A stretch of 64,000 bases of DNA, from positions 94,860,001-94,924,000 of the forward strand of contig NC_043002.1 of the NCBI RefSeq assembly GCF_006345805.1, in the 5' to 3' direction. Of the stretch, positions 39,180 through 52,906 are shown piece after piece. The DNA is from Octopus sinensis (lineage: Eukaryota). The notes beneath the pieces were generated by a model. It was not told the DNA's origin. It saw nothing but the letters and a program-made list of their open reading frames with translations, and did no database searches. The stretch's first letter is position 1. Each line of letters begins with the position of its first letter. A program made the translations under genes and the position numbers.

Positions 39180-39756
39180 ATGACTAGGGACCGAGACCTT
39201 TGGAAGTATGCTGTGCATGAGAAGACCCAGCAGGACCCGTGGCCTCTACATGGGATGTAGCCAGTCCACTTATGCATACCTTTCCTTCTTGGGACACAAA
39301 ACTCTACTTGTGAAGACCTGTTGAGGCAAGTGGGAATCGAAATCGATCAACTTCAATGGAAATTGTAGTTGTGATACCAGTGCTGGTGGCACGTAAGAGA
39401 ACCATCCGAACATGGCCATTGCCAGTGCCGCCCTTTCTGGCCTCTGAGTCGGTGGCACGTAAAAAGCACCATCTGATTGTGGCCGTTGCCAGCCCCGTCT
39501 GGCCTCCATGCCAGTGGCACATAAAAAGCACCTTCCGATCGTGGTCGTTGCCAGCCTCATCTAGCACCTGTGCTGGTGGCACGTAAAAAGCACCCACTAC
39601 ATTCACGGAGTGGTTGGCGTTAGGAAGGGCATCCAGCTCTAGAAACACTGCCAGATCAGACTGGGCCTGGTGCAGCCTTCTGGCTTCCCAGACCCCAGTT
39701 GAACCGTCCAACCCATGCCAGCATGGAAAGCGGACGTTAAACGATGATGATGATGA
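39180..39756 (+). mobile_element. Repeat family B, long copy with 4-5 internal subrepeats
   Basis: Repeated GGTGGCACGTAAAAAGCACC units and (GAT)n tail. Confidence 0.9.
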
Positions 39757-40677
39757 TTTGTATGTATGTATGTATGTATTTGTGTGTGTGTATGTATTAT
39801 TTGGCAGTCTTAAATGTCTTAACTAGCTGAAACTTTGAAGTCTTTGTCAATAATATTCTTTTTAAAAAATAATAAATCTACAAAAGTATAGAGTAATCCT
39901 TCAGTTTAATGGAAAATTGTTTTTATTATAACTGAACATAAAAACAAACATATATATCCTCCTCCTCATTATCATCATTTAACGTCCTTTTTTGTATGTT
40001 GGCATGGAAACAATGTACCAGTTAAGTGCTGGGGTTGGTATAATTGATATATTCAACCTACAAGAAACAGCCAAATCTCTTGCAAATAATATCCTAGTAT
40101 TTTAAAGGGAGGAAGGGCATATTGGTCGGCTAATGTGGTTCTGAATACACTGCGCAGCACAAAAAAAAAAAGTCAAAAAAGACAGTCACAGCTGAAAAGT
40201 TTTTGATCATTTTTCCTCAGTCAGACCTGATCTGAAGCTAAACAATAAGAGCAATCACCAAAGTTCTATTTTGTTTCAACAATTAATTTTCCTTTAAGCC
40301 ATTGTCAACTGTAATATCTCTGAGCTACCATCCCAAAATAAAAATTTATTTTTTTGTTAATAGTTATCTGAGGAGGGATTTATAGGTTTATTCTCTTCCT
40401 TTGTTCTAAGTATTTCACTTATTTCACTGATAATGGTTATCTTGTCACAAAAGCCAAAGAAAGTTTTTTAAAAAGTGTAGAAATATGTGTTAACTGAAAA
40501 AAACAGTTATATTGTCAATTATAATATTAACTGAACTTGTCTCCACAGTTATTGAAGTGCAAATTCTTGTCCATGAAACTTTCATATTATTAGATAGATT
40601 TCTTAGGTGAAAAAGAAAATATATCTATTTGAGAAATGTTCAGAAGTTTCTTGAATGAAATTTCTTGCTCTTAACTT

Positions 40678-40895
40678 ACTCTTCTACTTGTTTCAGTCAT
40701 GTGACTGTGGCCATGCTGGAGCACCGCCTTTAGTCGAGCAAATCGACCCCAGGACTTATTCTTTGTAAGCTTATTACTTATTCTATTGGTCTCTTTAGCT
40801 GAAATGCTAAGTTACGGGGACGTAAACACACCAGCATCGGTTCTCAACTGATGTTGAGGGGACAAACTCAGACACACAAACATACACACACACAT

Positions 40896-40958
<63 letters not shown>

Positions 40959-41128
40959 TATATTCGACAGGCTTCTTTCAGTTTCCATCTACCAAATTCA
41001 CTCACAAGGCTTTGGTCGGCTCGAGGATACACTAGAAGACACTTGCCCAAGGTGCCACGCAGTGGGACTGAACTCGGAACCATGTGGTTGGTAAGCAAGC
41101 TACTATTCACACAGCCACTCTTACGCCT
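40678..41128 (-). mobile_element. SINE family A, full length
   Basis: Colinear with family A. Confidence 0.9.
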
Positions 41129-41638
41129 ATAAATTTAGCCAAGTTTTCTTTAATAGAAGCTTACATTAAGGTATTCTTATTTCAAACTGTAACTGATTCT
41201 TTCTTACAGTCGTTCATTGATAATTTACTTTTGTATCGATTAGTGAAGGCATGTGGCATTGTTGTTAGGATGTTGCATTCACAGTTGCTAGATCATGAGT
41301 TCAGTTCTCAGACTTGGTGGCACCTTATTTCACATTGCTCCTGTCCACCCAGCTGTAAATGGTTAACCTTGTAACTGATTGGCATACAAGGGTGAAATGA
41401 CTGAAGAAAATCACCTGAATGGAAGTATTGCGAGCTGTTACAACCCATGTTGTGAATCCTGACTACTTGGGATTGGTTGTTCATCCATGTCGACTATTTA
41501 AAAAAATTTTTTTTGTTTATGAGCTTAAGAAGTTTACTCTATAACCACATGACTTAGGGGCTCAATCCCATCATGTGAACCATGAGGAAACGATCTATAA
41601 CTATAAATCCCAGGTCACCCCACCTTGTAAAGGAACTT

Positions 41639-42125
41639 CATCATCGTTTAACGTCCGTTTTCCATGGATGGTTCGACTGGGGTCTGGTTAGCCAGAAGGC
41701 TGCACCAGGCTCCAGTCTGATCTGGCAGTGTTTCTACAGCTGGATGCTCTTCCTAACGCCAACAACTACGTGAATGTAGTGGGTGCCTTTTACATGCCAC
41801 TTGCACGGGTATCACAACTACAATTTCCATTTGATTTTTTTTTTTATGTTGATGTACTTGACTCAATAAGTCTCCTCAAGCAGAGCAGGTCACCCTACAA
41901 TCCAAGGTACTTTGGATGGACTGGGGCTTCTATGTGAAGCTGGTGCAGGAAACAGCCATGAACTCATGTTATTTGTCGGGTCTTCACAGTCACAGCATAT
42001 CTTCAGAGGTCTCAGTCTTTCGTCATTGCCTCTGTGAGACCCAACGTTCGAAGGTCATGCTTGACCACCTCATCCCATGTCTTCCTGGGTCTACCTCTAC
42101 CCCAGATTCCTTCAACTGTTTTGGA
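41639..42125 (-). mobile_element. Family B with RTE coding end
   Basis: Minus strand GRGRPRKTWDEVVKHDL followed by the family B body and tail. Confidence 0.8.
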
Positions 42126-42268
42126 GTGGCAGTTCTAGAAATTTGTGGAGGCCATTTATGTGTGTGTGTATACATGTACATGTGTCTTTCTCTCATCCCA
42201 TCTGTCTTGACATTTATGAGCTTTTTTAAAGTATGAAATGACACAACTGAGGTGGTGCTAATATTTAT

Positions 42269-42488
42269 CCCTTTAGCATTTAAATTACTCTGTCAAAAGT
42301 AATGCTTATTTATTCATACTGATTTGAATTAATCATGGATTATCTTGTAGCTTAGAGATTTTCATGATGTGGTTGCTTATTTTTAGAAGGATATTGTAAG
42401 GTAAGTGTGAGAGGCTATATCTGACTGGTTTCAATATAAAGCATGTTGAATATTTTGGTCAGATATAGCTGGTTTGAATGCTAAAGGG
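42269..42488. mobile_element. piggyBac-type MITE
   Basis: TIRs CCCTTTAGCATTTAAA / TTTGAATGCTAAAGGG with degenerate TTAA flanks; inverted copy at 60700-60920. Confidence 0.7.
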
Positions 42489-42564
42489 TTATACGTACCA
42501 TAGTGAAGTAAATACCTTTCTTGAAACTAACACTTGGTCTGTGCATCTTGTAAGTATGCATGCA

Positions 42565-42600
<36 letters not shown>

Positions 42601-42676
42601 AAACCTTAGCTTGGCTTTTAGTAGCTGCGCTAGCACATGGCTGTATTCATTTTCAACTGAGTAGATGAAGCAATGT

Positions 42677-42994
42677 GGAGGCACAATGGCCCAGTGGTTA
42701 GGGCAGTGGACTCACGGTCGGAGGATCGTGGTTTCGATTCCCAGACCGGGTGTTGTGTGTGTTTATTGAGCGAAAACACCTAAAAGCTCCACGAGGCTCT
42801 GGCAGGGGGTGGTGGCGATCCCTGTTGTACTCTTTTGCTCCAACTTTCTCTCACTCTTTCTTCCTGTTTCTTGAGTAACGCTGCGATGGACTGGCATCCT
42901 GTCCAGCTGGGGTGGGGGGACACATATGCCACAGAAACCGGGAAACCAGGCCCATGAGCCTGGCTAGGCTTGAAAAGGGCGCATAAAAAAAAAA
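42677..42994 (+). mobile_element. SINE family C with 15-16-bp TSD, nested in an older SINE
   Basis: TAGATGAAGCAATGT(G) duplicated at 42662 and 42995; A-rich tail. Confidence 0.9.
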
Positions 42995-43079
42995 TAGATG
43001 AAGCAATGTGAAATGAAATGCTTTGCTCAAGAACACATCATGCTGCCTGAGTCAGGAATTGAACCCATGATATCATGAT

Positions 43080-43293
43080 CCTTTCTACTATAAGCATAAG
43101 GCTTGAAATTTTGGGAGAGGGGATAAGTTGATTACATCGACCCCAGTGTGTAACTGAGACTTATTTCATCAACCCTGAAAGGATGAGAGACAAAGTTGAC
43201 CATGGAGAAATTTTAACTCAGAACATAGTGAAGGGCAAAATACTGCTAAACATTTCATCCAGCATACTAATGATTCTGCCAACTCACCGCCTT
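43080..43293 (-). mobile_element. Nin-domain SINE
   Basis: Same family as the 13463 array. Confidence 0.8.
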
Positions 43294-43749
43294 AATAATA
43301 ACAATAACAATAATAATAATAATAATAATAAATGTTGTTGTTATTATTGATGCTTCTGTAACTTTGCTTTTTCTGAAAATCTAGGCCTTGGCTCTATGCA
43401 AGCCATATTAGTCTGGTACATATTAGTCTGGCTTCTATCTTTTGACTTGTCCAGCATGGAAGGCCTTACCAAGAACTGGAATAGCCCTCATGGTCATTAA
43501 AGCATACTAGCCACAACAATGACTGGACCTTGTGTTGGTATTCTGGGTTTGGACAGAGATTATTTGAGATAAGATTTTACTGCCTAATGTCTTTTCTTGT
43601 CACTAAGTCTCATCTGTTTTTCAAGTAAGGGATTTCTTTATTCTACATGTCTTTGAAAGCACTGAGTGACCAAGCACATCAGCAACAAGGAATGCCAGTA
43701 TCGACACCACCTCACTCAGGTGCTGACAAGCATGAATATAAATGTTTAT

Positions 43750-43935
43750 GTGCGTGCACTCACACACACACACACACACACACTCACATGCAAACATACT
43801 CATATACAAACGCACAAACACTCACATGTACACGCATGCAAATACACTTACATGCACTCACACACACTCACATGCACACACACAGTCATATACACACTCA
43901 CTCACATGCATGCACACACACAATTAGATACACTC
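43750..43935. repeat. Degenerate (CA)n tract
   Basis: Direct reading. Confidence 0.9.
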
Positions 43936-45949
43936 ATACCAAATTCCCACACTTGGTATTGGTCGACCCTAAGTTGTTGAAGACAATTACCCAAGAGCCA
44001 CACAATGTGACAACCTGACACTACATGGTGGTCATGCACACACACACACATGCATACACATGCTTTACCATCGACATTATTTGACCTCTCACTTGTTTAA
44101 GAAACTTTGAAAAGTTCTATACTTTTCAAATTTTTAGATATTGCTTTATATCGTAAGAAATGTTTAAGTTGTATTCGGCTGTCTAGTGAAAAGACAATTG
44201 TCCCTCAGTCTTTTATTAGACATGTCTCTACTATTTTATACACTACTCCTTGGAGTTAATTCATAAGTAATAACCATTGAAAAGAAAATGAAGAAAAATA
44301 TTTTAAGAATTTTGGCAGTAGTTACATTTTCTTTTAAAACGTTTTATTTTCTTAAATATTTGTTGCCAGTTGTTTAACTTGAATGAGTAGTACCCTATTG
44401 AAAGAAGTTATTCACAGTGACTATGATAGATCTATGCACACTTACACCACACTTTATTGATTTAATATTACTGTTGGATTCCAAAGCTATTGAACATGTT
44501 TTTATATTTATTGCATGTAAATATCGAAGTATTTGGTCCTTTACTGAAAAAGCTCTACTTTTAGCTATTTCAGTGTCAAGCTGTAAACATTATGAATAAA
44601 AAAAGAAAAGTAATATAGCAACTATTTTGAGATATATCATGAGTTGATGAGTAATATGTAATGCAAGTAATGCTTAATATGATTTTCTGCTTTGTTGGTG
44701 ACGAATATGTTCATTCTTTAAAGAAAACACTTAATTAGGTTAGGGTGGGGGAAGCTTTTTTGCTCCTCTTTGATTGTAATCTTTTAACCATTTTCAAGAG
44801 AATTGCTGAACAGTAAATCACTAGCTTCTTAGATTTCCAGTTACTGTAGAGTTGCTATTTATAGCTAAAATTTATCATTAAATCTTTTTTGGTTATAAAA
44901 GGATTTACCGCATTCACTGGAAGAATGAAATGTAAATAAAAGAGAGAAAAAGAAATGATGATTTCATGTTTAGGAGAAGAATGTACACATTTGGAAAATT
45001 TAGACAATATTTAAATGATAATGAAATGATGAGAATAAAGACAGTGATAATTGACATACATAATAATAGGAATTTTGTTTTTAGCTTTACAGAATTTCAA
45101 ACGCAATACAGGAACAGAAACAAGGAGGTTCTATTTTAACATTTTGATATTTATATTGAGTTACAGAGAAGAAATCAGAAAAGATAAATAGTGGGGAAAC
45201 CACCATCTCTTGTATGGTTAGTGAGCATTAATGAAAATTTGAGGGAGAAGCCTGTGGTTAAGTGTACAATTAAGTTACCTAAATTTTGATGATGATAATA
45301 ATAATAATAATAATCATTAGAGTCTGTCAGTATTGATTATATGGCTGAAAGGAAAAAATGTGTGCAAGTATAGTTTTTTTGTTTTTTATTCCTTTTGTGT
45401 TTGATTTCTGGTGAAGGAGAAAGGACAAGTCACATTGTTGTTTTTAAAAATCAACAGTTTCAATTATTTTACATAATCACTGTTTAATAGTTCATTTGGC
45501 TGTAACTTAAAAAAAAAAAATACAACGTATTAAGTTATATAGGCATTAATCTAATTTTTAAAAATAGATTGAGTACGACTTCAGACATCACTAAAACATG
45601 GAACAGTCTGTAAATTTCAAACACAAATTTTTTTTTTTTTGGTAACATCCCTTTCACTCCATTTTCTTAACTTTATCTGCATGCTGTATTTTAATTTGAT
45701 TTGATATTTAACAACTGCCAGAATGAAACAGTAATTTATCAAACCACACAAATGTAAAGAAAGTATGCCTTTATAAAAACATTAATTATTTAGCACTTTA
45801 AAATCCAGTTCTGTAAGATGGTTTAATAAAACAGCATGTATTTTACAGATTTCATTTCTAATGCTAACCATATTAATAATTTATACATATTATAAAAATG
45901 TATTTAATCCAGATTTAGTGAATTAGCTCATCTAATCAATAAAGTATTG

Positions 45950-46900
45950 GAATTTCAGGTGCAATTGTGCCTTATCATCAGTTCTGGCAGACCAAAAGTC
46001 AATACAGTTATCATCCAAAACTGGTTTTGGTAACTCACAACTGTTCACATTGCATTAATACCCCCAACAGCTCTATTTTAGTTGCAATACTTGTTCTTTC
46101 ACTAAATTTTAGTTTTATCCCTAATGTAATTGTGGCAAGGTTAAATATAATTTGATATATTTTACTTTGCCACTTGTCTGACTGCTGTTCAGCACTGCTC
46201 ATAAGTTTCAAAGTCAAGTAGGTGCCCACTTTTAGATAAATGCTTTGCTAACACAGTATGGCACTATGCATGTGAAAAAGCTATCAAGAATACTGCAAAA
46301 TATCTAAGTATCCAATTAGACTTGTTACTGCATTTCAATGATAATATCAATAAGATTTGCTGGAGTTGCTATCTCTGGCTCAGAAAATAACATTTGTAGA
46401 TCCGTGTCTGTGTTTCATTGTGAATTTGTTATTCATGCCTTGATTACTTCCAGACTAGCTATGTGTAATTCTGTTAGTATTAGAATGTCAAACTTCAATA
46501 AATTATGTGTTCAGAATTCTGAAACATATCAAGCATTCAAAATGCACTGTTATGAGAAAGACTTTAGCCACTCGGTATACAATACCAGACTTTAGGCACT
46601 CAATATATTGATCAGTGAATATCAATCAGATTTTTTTTAATGATACATATCTTTATATCACTACTTTCGGTTCTTACTTTTAATCTCTCACATATTAAGG
46701 AGTTACAAATTCTTCTTACATGGTACATTATAAGATTGCTGAAAGTGAAATAGAATGTTCTGCTTATCCTTCACAATACTGGAATGAATTGCAACTGTCT
46801 GGTTTAACAGATTCATTAAAATATTAAGAAACTTTTGTTCTCTAAACTCTACTTCTTTTGTCTTCTACTTTAATTGCGTCTTTTCCCATTCTTTTCTTTG
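45950..46900 (-). mobile_element. Decayed hAT-like transposase relic
   Basis: Minus strand FDILILTELHI...FSEPEIATPANLIDIIIE; shares nucleotide blocks (GAATTACACAT, AATCAAG, TGAATAA, CAATGAAA) with the 26.9-kb relic. Confidence 0.3.
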
Positions 46901-47332
46901 CATTGAATTTTGTTTCATAGCATCACTGTCCATCCTCTCTGTAGTGTTCTATAAATATTTTCATTCATTCATGTATCCTATTATTTGCAAAGGTAACATC
47001 CAAAATGCTCAATCTCCATGTCTCAACTAAATACCTCTGGCTACTGGGGATTCCAGATTAACTTGAAATGTTATCTAATCAATAGCTTGTATTGTAGAGA
47101 CTTATGAGAGGCTTTTATATAACTTTCAGTTTCAACTCAACAGTAAATGCAGTTGTCAACTGGAGTCAGCTCAGCTGTTCACTTCTACCCAATTAATTAT
47201 AAACATTTCCAGGAACAATTTGATCAATCTAGAAATATTGTATTAAGTCATTTTATCATTTGCCAATGTATGAAAGCCGACATTGAAAGAATTTCACATA
47301 GAAGACTATACTGAATGAGTATGCATTTCTAA

Positions 47333-47363
<31 letters not shown>

Positions 47364-48072
47364 TACTGCAGAATAAAACTCAACTTATTTTAACTTTTGA
47401 AATTAATGTTATGATAATTACGGGATATGAAAGGCAAAGTTGATTATGGAGAAATTTAAATTCAGGATTTAGTTTGGTGTCCAACTATTTTGTCAACTGT
47501 TCACCATAAACATTGATTTTCCAATCTTCCTCTCTTCAGTGGTCTCTAATATTTTTGCTTTTCACTCTTCGGTGACAACTTCTCAAGTAATGTGTAAGGG
47601 TATCCAGGGCTGGATTAAGACCCATAGTGGTCCAAAGCACAAAAGATTTTGTTGTGCCACATAAATTTAATGCAAAATATACACAATAATAAAACAAAGT
47701 ATAAATTTGTTTTTCAAAATGAAACAAAACTAACAGTAAGATAGAAAATAATGTTTATTTTTGTATATTTCCACTTAATTTTTATTTGAAAGTTTCCTCC
47801 ATTTTTTAATTGCAAAGTCTTTGATCAGATCCTCAATGAAAACCATAAATATTTAGCAATTATTTTATCAATCATATAAGCCACTTCAAATATCATTTTC
47901 GCTTGTTTAAGGTGATTTCTTTTGTGCCATAAACCAGTTACCATTTCTGTAGTGTCCCCTTTCCCTTGATGTCCTGTGCATGTGCTTATTTTACTCAATG
48001 ATTAATCCAGTACTGAAGGTATCCTCTATAGTTATCTGGGTCTATATTGTCTTGCATATGATGATGATGATG

Positions 48073-48430
48073 ATCATCATCATCGTTTAACGTCTGCTCT
48101 CCATGCTAGCATGGGTTGGACGGTTCAACTGGGGTCTGGGAAGCCAGAAGGCTGCACCAGGCCCAGTCTGATCTGGCAGTGTTTCTACAGCTGGATGCCC
48201 TTCCTAATGCCAACCACTCCGTGAGTGTAGTGGGTGCTTTTTACATGCCACCGGCACAGGTGCCAGACGAGGCTGGCGAACGGACACAATCGGATCGTGC
48301 TTTTTACATGCCACCAGCACGGAGGCCAGACGAGGCTGGCAATGGCCATGTTCGGATGGTTCTCTTACGTGCCACTGGCACTGGTATCACAGCTACAATT
48401 TCCATTGATGTTGGTCAATTTTGATTTTGA
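48073..48430 (-). mobile_element. Repeat family B
   Basis: Near-identical to the reverse complement of 39350-39756. Confidence 0.9.
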
Positions 48431-49846
48431 TTTTATGATGCTATATGTAATTATGTATGGTCTACATTTTATCTTCTGTTACATATATGATGTCTTATAT
48501 GTGATTATGTAGGGTTAGTATTGTGTCTCTTGTAAAATGCATAATGTCTTGTACATAGTTATGTAAGGCCTATATATGGAAGAGACATAGCATAATGGTT
48601 AGGGTGTTTGACTCGCTATAATAATGACATGGCCGCAGTGACTGAAACTAGTGTATGAATAAAAGAAACAAGAAGCTTACTAATCATTTTAAGCAAATTC
48701 TTGTTGCAGTTTGTTGTATCCAACTGGCAGACTTTCTCAATCCATTAATGCTTCAGCCTTAAAATTACATTGGACATCACTCATGTTATTCAGTGCAACA
48801 TGAACTTGAAAGAAAAATATTAAAGAATATGAAATAGAGACAAAATTATATTACCAATTTCTGAAAGGTAAAAAAAAAAAAGAAATCTGGTTTCAAATTG
48901 GTGGCTACATTATTGATAATTTCAGACAGGAACTAAGTAGTTATTTTAAAAATTTAATGTGTAAAATACTGAAAAAAACAAAATTAATTTTGACCATTAT
49001 ACCATTTAATAGTATTTAATTAAAAACTCAGAGTATTAAATTAATATGTGATCAATAGGAATCTGTACTTTTTCTATTTTCAGTGATTGCACTGTGCTTT
49101 TGTGCATTTTTTATAGAATACTAAATTCTAATAAGATCTGCTGCAAAATTAAGCAATATTGAAAAAGAGTTAAATTGAAATTAGGAAGTTGATAACAGAG
49201 GAGTTAACCATAAAATATTTGAAATATTTTGAAGATATAAAAAAATAGAAATTGTTGCGAGTACGTGGTGAGTAAAAATATTTAATATTTATTGCTAATT
49301 TCTTATGTAGAATCTAATATATCCCCATAGTTATTGAAGGAGTTGTTAAATAACCTCATATAGTTAAGCTTGAAAATATCTGAAAGGGACAAAATAAAAA
49401 AAAAATTTTTATGTTTTCATTTTGAAATGACAAAAACTAAAATATATTCTTAATCTAATTTATCTTCTTTCTCTCTCTCTTTGTGTCTGTCTGTGTCTAT
49501 CTACCTACCTACCTATCTATTTATGCGCAGATGTGGTTGTGTGGTTAAGGAGTATCCTTCTCAACCACTCAGTTCTGGGTTCAGTCTCAGTGCACAGTAC
49601 CTTGAGCTAATGTCTTCTACTATATAGCTGACCAAAGTCTTTGTGAGTGGATTTGGTAGACAGAAACTGAAAGAAGCTCTTTGTGTGTGTGTGTGTGTCT
49701 TTACTACCACTAGAAAACTAGTATGGAAATTGGAGACACCTAAACTTGAAGGGCAGCTTGGTGTCTGATGGCACCTGTAAAATTCATAGTAGAGACTGCA
49801 GGAAATAATAGCTTCAATGACATCAGCATGGAGGCACATTGTATAG

Positions 49847-49913
<67 letters not shown>

Positions 49914-49967
49914 TCATGTAAAGATATATGTCTGTGTTTATATGTGTGTGTATATCTATATATCTAT

Positions 49968-50383
49968 CCACTCAGTCGAAGTCGACTCTCGGTTACTCGT
50001 TGGATCAGTGCCCTCCAGTCAGTTCTATCCTGGGCCGCTTCTTTCAGGTTGGCTATGTCCATTCTGGTATCACTCTTGATGGTGTCAAGCCAGCGGGTTC
50101 TTGGTCGACCTCTTCCTCTCCTGCCACTGACCATTCCGAGCATGATGTCCTCCAGGGATTTTCTCCGCATAATATGACTGAAATATGCCAATCTATGCTT
50201 GGTGATCCTAGCTTCTAGCGACATTTTCGGCCTGATCTGCTTAAGAACTTCTCCATTGGTGAGCCTCGCTGTCCATGGAATCCGTAAAAGTCTTCTCCAA
50301 CACCAAAGCTCGAATGCATTAATTCTCTTCTGGTCAGCTTTCTTTAGTGTCCAGGTCTCACATCCATATGTTGCTATTGGGAA

Positions 50384-50384
<1 letters not shown>
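49968..50384 (-). mobile_element. RTE-BovB-like LINE 3' end, copy 1
   Basis: Open frame FPIATYGCETWTLKKADQKRINAFELWCWRRLLRIPWTARLTN...RGRGRPRTRWLDTIK...DRTDWRALI. Confidence 0.92.
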
Positions 50385-50442
<58 letters not shown>

Positions 50443-50496
50443 TCATGTAAAGATATATGTCTGTGTTTATATGTGTGTGTATATCTATATATCTAT

Positions 50497-50913
50497 CCAC
50501 TCAGTCGAAGTCGACTCTCGGTTACTCGTTGGATCAGTGCCCTCCAGTCAGTTCTATCCTGGGCCGCTTCTTTCAGGTTGGCTATGTCCATTCTGGTATC
50601 ACTCTTGATGGTGTCAAGCCAGCGGGTTCTTGGTCGACCTCTTCCTCTCCTGCCACTGACCATTCCGAGCATGATGTCCTCCAGGGATTTTCTCCGCATA
50701 ATATGACTGAAATATGCCAATCTATGCTTGGTGATCCTAGCTTCTAGCGACATTTTCGGCCTGATCTGCTTAAGAACTTCTCCATTGGTGAGCCTCGCTG
50801 TCCATGGAATCCGTAAAAGTCTTCTCCAACACCAAAGCTCGAATGCATTAATTCTCTTCTGGTCAGCTTTCTTTAGTGTCCAGGTCTCACATCCATATGT
50901 TGCTATTGGGAAA
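50497..50913 (-). mobile_element. RTE-BovB-like LINE 3' end, copy 2 (tandem duplicate)
   Basis: Appears identical to copy 1 at +529 bp. Confidence 0.92.
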
Positions 50914-50926
50914 TATATATATATAT

Positions 50927-51162
50927 TCTTTCTTTTATTCTTTTACTTGTTTCAGTCAATCGACTGTGGCCATGCTGGAGCACCACCTTTAGTCGAGCAA
51001 ATCAACCCCAGGACTTATTCTTTGTAAGCCTAGTACTTATTCTATCGGTGTCTTTTGCCAAACTGCTAAGTTATGAGGATGTAAACACACCAGCATCGGT
51101 TGTCAAGCAATATTGGGTGGGTGGGGGTTGGGACAGACACAGACACACAAACATATACATAC

Positions 51163-51213
<51 letters not shown>

Positions 51214-51369
51214 GCTTCTTTCAGTTTCCATCTACCAAATCCACTCGCAAGGCTTTGGTCAGCCCAAGGCTGTAATAGAAGACACTTGCCCAAGGTGTCA
51301 CACAATGGGATTGAACCTGGAACCATGTGGTTGGTAAGCAAACTACTTACCACACACCACTCCTGTGCA
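50927..51369 (-). mobile_element. SINE family A
   Basis: Colinear with family A. Confidence 0.9.
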
Positions 51370-51626
51370 TATATATATGCACTCACTATGCCACCACATT
51401 TCCCTCTCACTAACATTCTTGCACTATTTTCTTTTTATCATATAATAGCCCAACCTCACCTAGGGGGTCCATTATACATTTTTATTGAAATCCAATTTGC
51501 CTATAATTGAACTGGTGTATGCAAAGTTTTGTCAACATTGGTTCACTGGTGTAGGCAGCAAGGCAGCAAGATGGTAACAGACAGATAAACAGACAGAGAT
51601 TGCTGTTCATGTATAAGATGTGTGTA

Positions 51627-51926
51627 TGCACCATCTGTTCGTGGCCGTTGCCAGCCTCGCCTGGCCCCCGTGCCGGTGGCACGTAAAAAGCACCATCCGT
51701 CCGTGGCCGTTTGCCAGCTCCATCTGGCACCTGTGCAGGTGGCACGTAAAAAGCAACCACTACACTCGTGGAGTGGTTGGTGTTAGGAAGGGCATCCAGC
51801 CGTAGAAACACTGCCAGATCAGACTGGGCCTGATGCAGCCTTCTGGCTTCACAGACCCCAGTTGAACCGTCCAACCCATGCTAGCACAGAAAGCGGACGC
51901 TAAATGATGATGATGATGATGATGAT
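51627..51926 (+). mobile_element. Repeat family B
   Basis: Two subrepeats and (GAT)n tail. Confidence 0.9.
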
Positions 51927-52010
51927 GTGTGAAGAAAATTTGTTGTGGGGCTAATAATGCACTTGGATTTTAATGAATTTTTCTTTTCTAACAATTTCAA
52001 CAATATCGTC

Positions 52011-52906
52011 TTTCAATGATAAGAAAAAAAAAGAAAGATGAAAGTTGAAAGGAAAGAGAACATACAAGAAAAAGTTTCTTGGCAATAAAACATGCTCAAG
52101 AATCAAATGTTCAATAGGTTTCATTGCAAAATTACTTCATGAAAAATTCAAGTGTCCAATAAGTTTCACAGCAATAAGAAATGATGTAAGCGCAAATGTC
52201 TGCTAAATTTCATTGCAGTAATACATTATAGAAATTTGAAAGTTCAGTTAATTTCATAGCAATAAATTACATTAGCAATTAAACATGACTAGACATTTGA
52301 CAAACAAATGACGCTCAGAGACAATCAACCAACCAGATTGCTGGATAACTAACTGTCAGAAAACAAGTAACCAAAACAGATGAGCAGATGACGTCCCTAG
52401 GCAGTCAACAACCAGTAACCAGCATACTGGGCAACAGGTGGACAAAAAAAATTCATATTTCTGAGTATAGCCAATCAAGATTTTAACCTATGTCTTAAAA
52501 CCTACATGTATAAGGCAGTATCAGCTTGAAAAGTAGTTCAAGTCCCACATTCGAAAGAATTAAGGAAATAGCGAACAATTCTCTCATACACAACATGACA
52601 GAGCTTGTAAAAGTACATTTTTCTTCTGCTTTAAAGTCTTCGTTATGTCTAATTGCTAACATAATTTATTGCTTGAAACTTAATGAACTTTCAAATTTCT
52701 GTCATGTACTGTTGCTATGAAATTTGTCAAACATTTGCACTTTTACCATTTCTTATCGCTGTGAAATTTACTGAACATCATGTAATTTTGCTACAAAAGC
52801 CATTGAACATTTGATCTTTGAGCACATTTTATTACTATGAAACTTTTCCTTGTGAATTCTCTTTCAAATTTTCATTTCATTTTATTTTTTTATTTATAAC
52901 TTGAAA
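52011..52906. repeat. Fold-back element with ~270-bp diverged inverted arms
   Basis: 52011-52289 is the reverse complement of 52642-52906; arms contain TTTCA(T/C)(A/T)GCAA subrepeats. Confidence 0.85.

Noticed and set aside
42677-42760. tRNA-like sequences at SINE heads (also 8924, 35698)
   Set aside because: A/B boxes are present but there is no proper acceptor stem, and they continue into SINE bodies, two of them with clear TSDs.
7492-51874. Recurrent ORFs 'MDGSTGV.EARRLHQAQS' and 'LPNPLTRLW...LPKVP'
   Set aside because: Translations of repeat families B and A, not a gene family.
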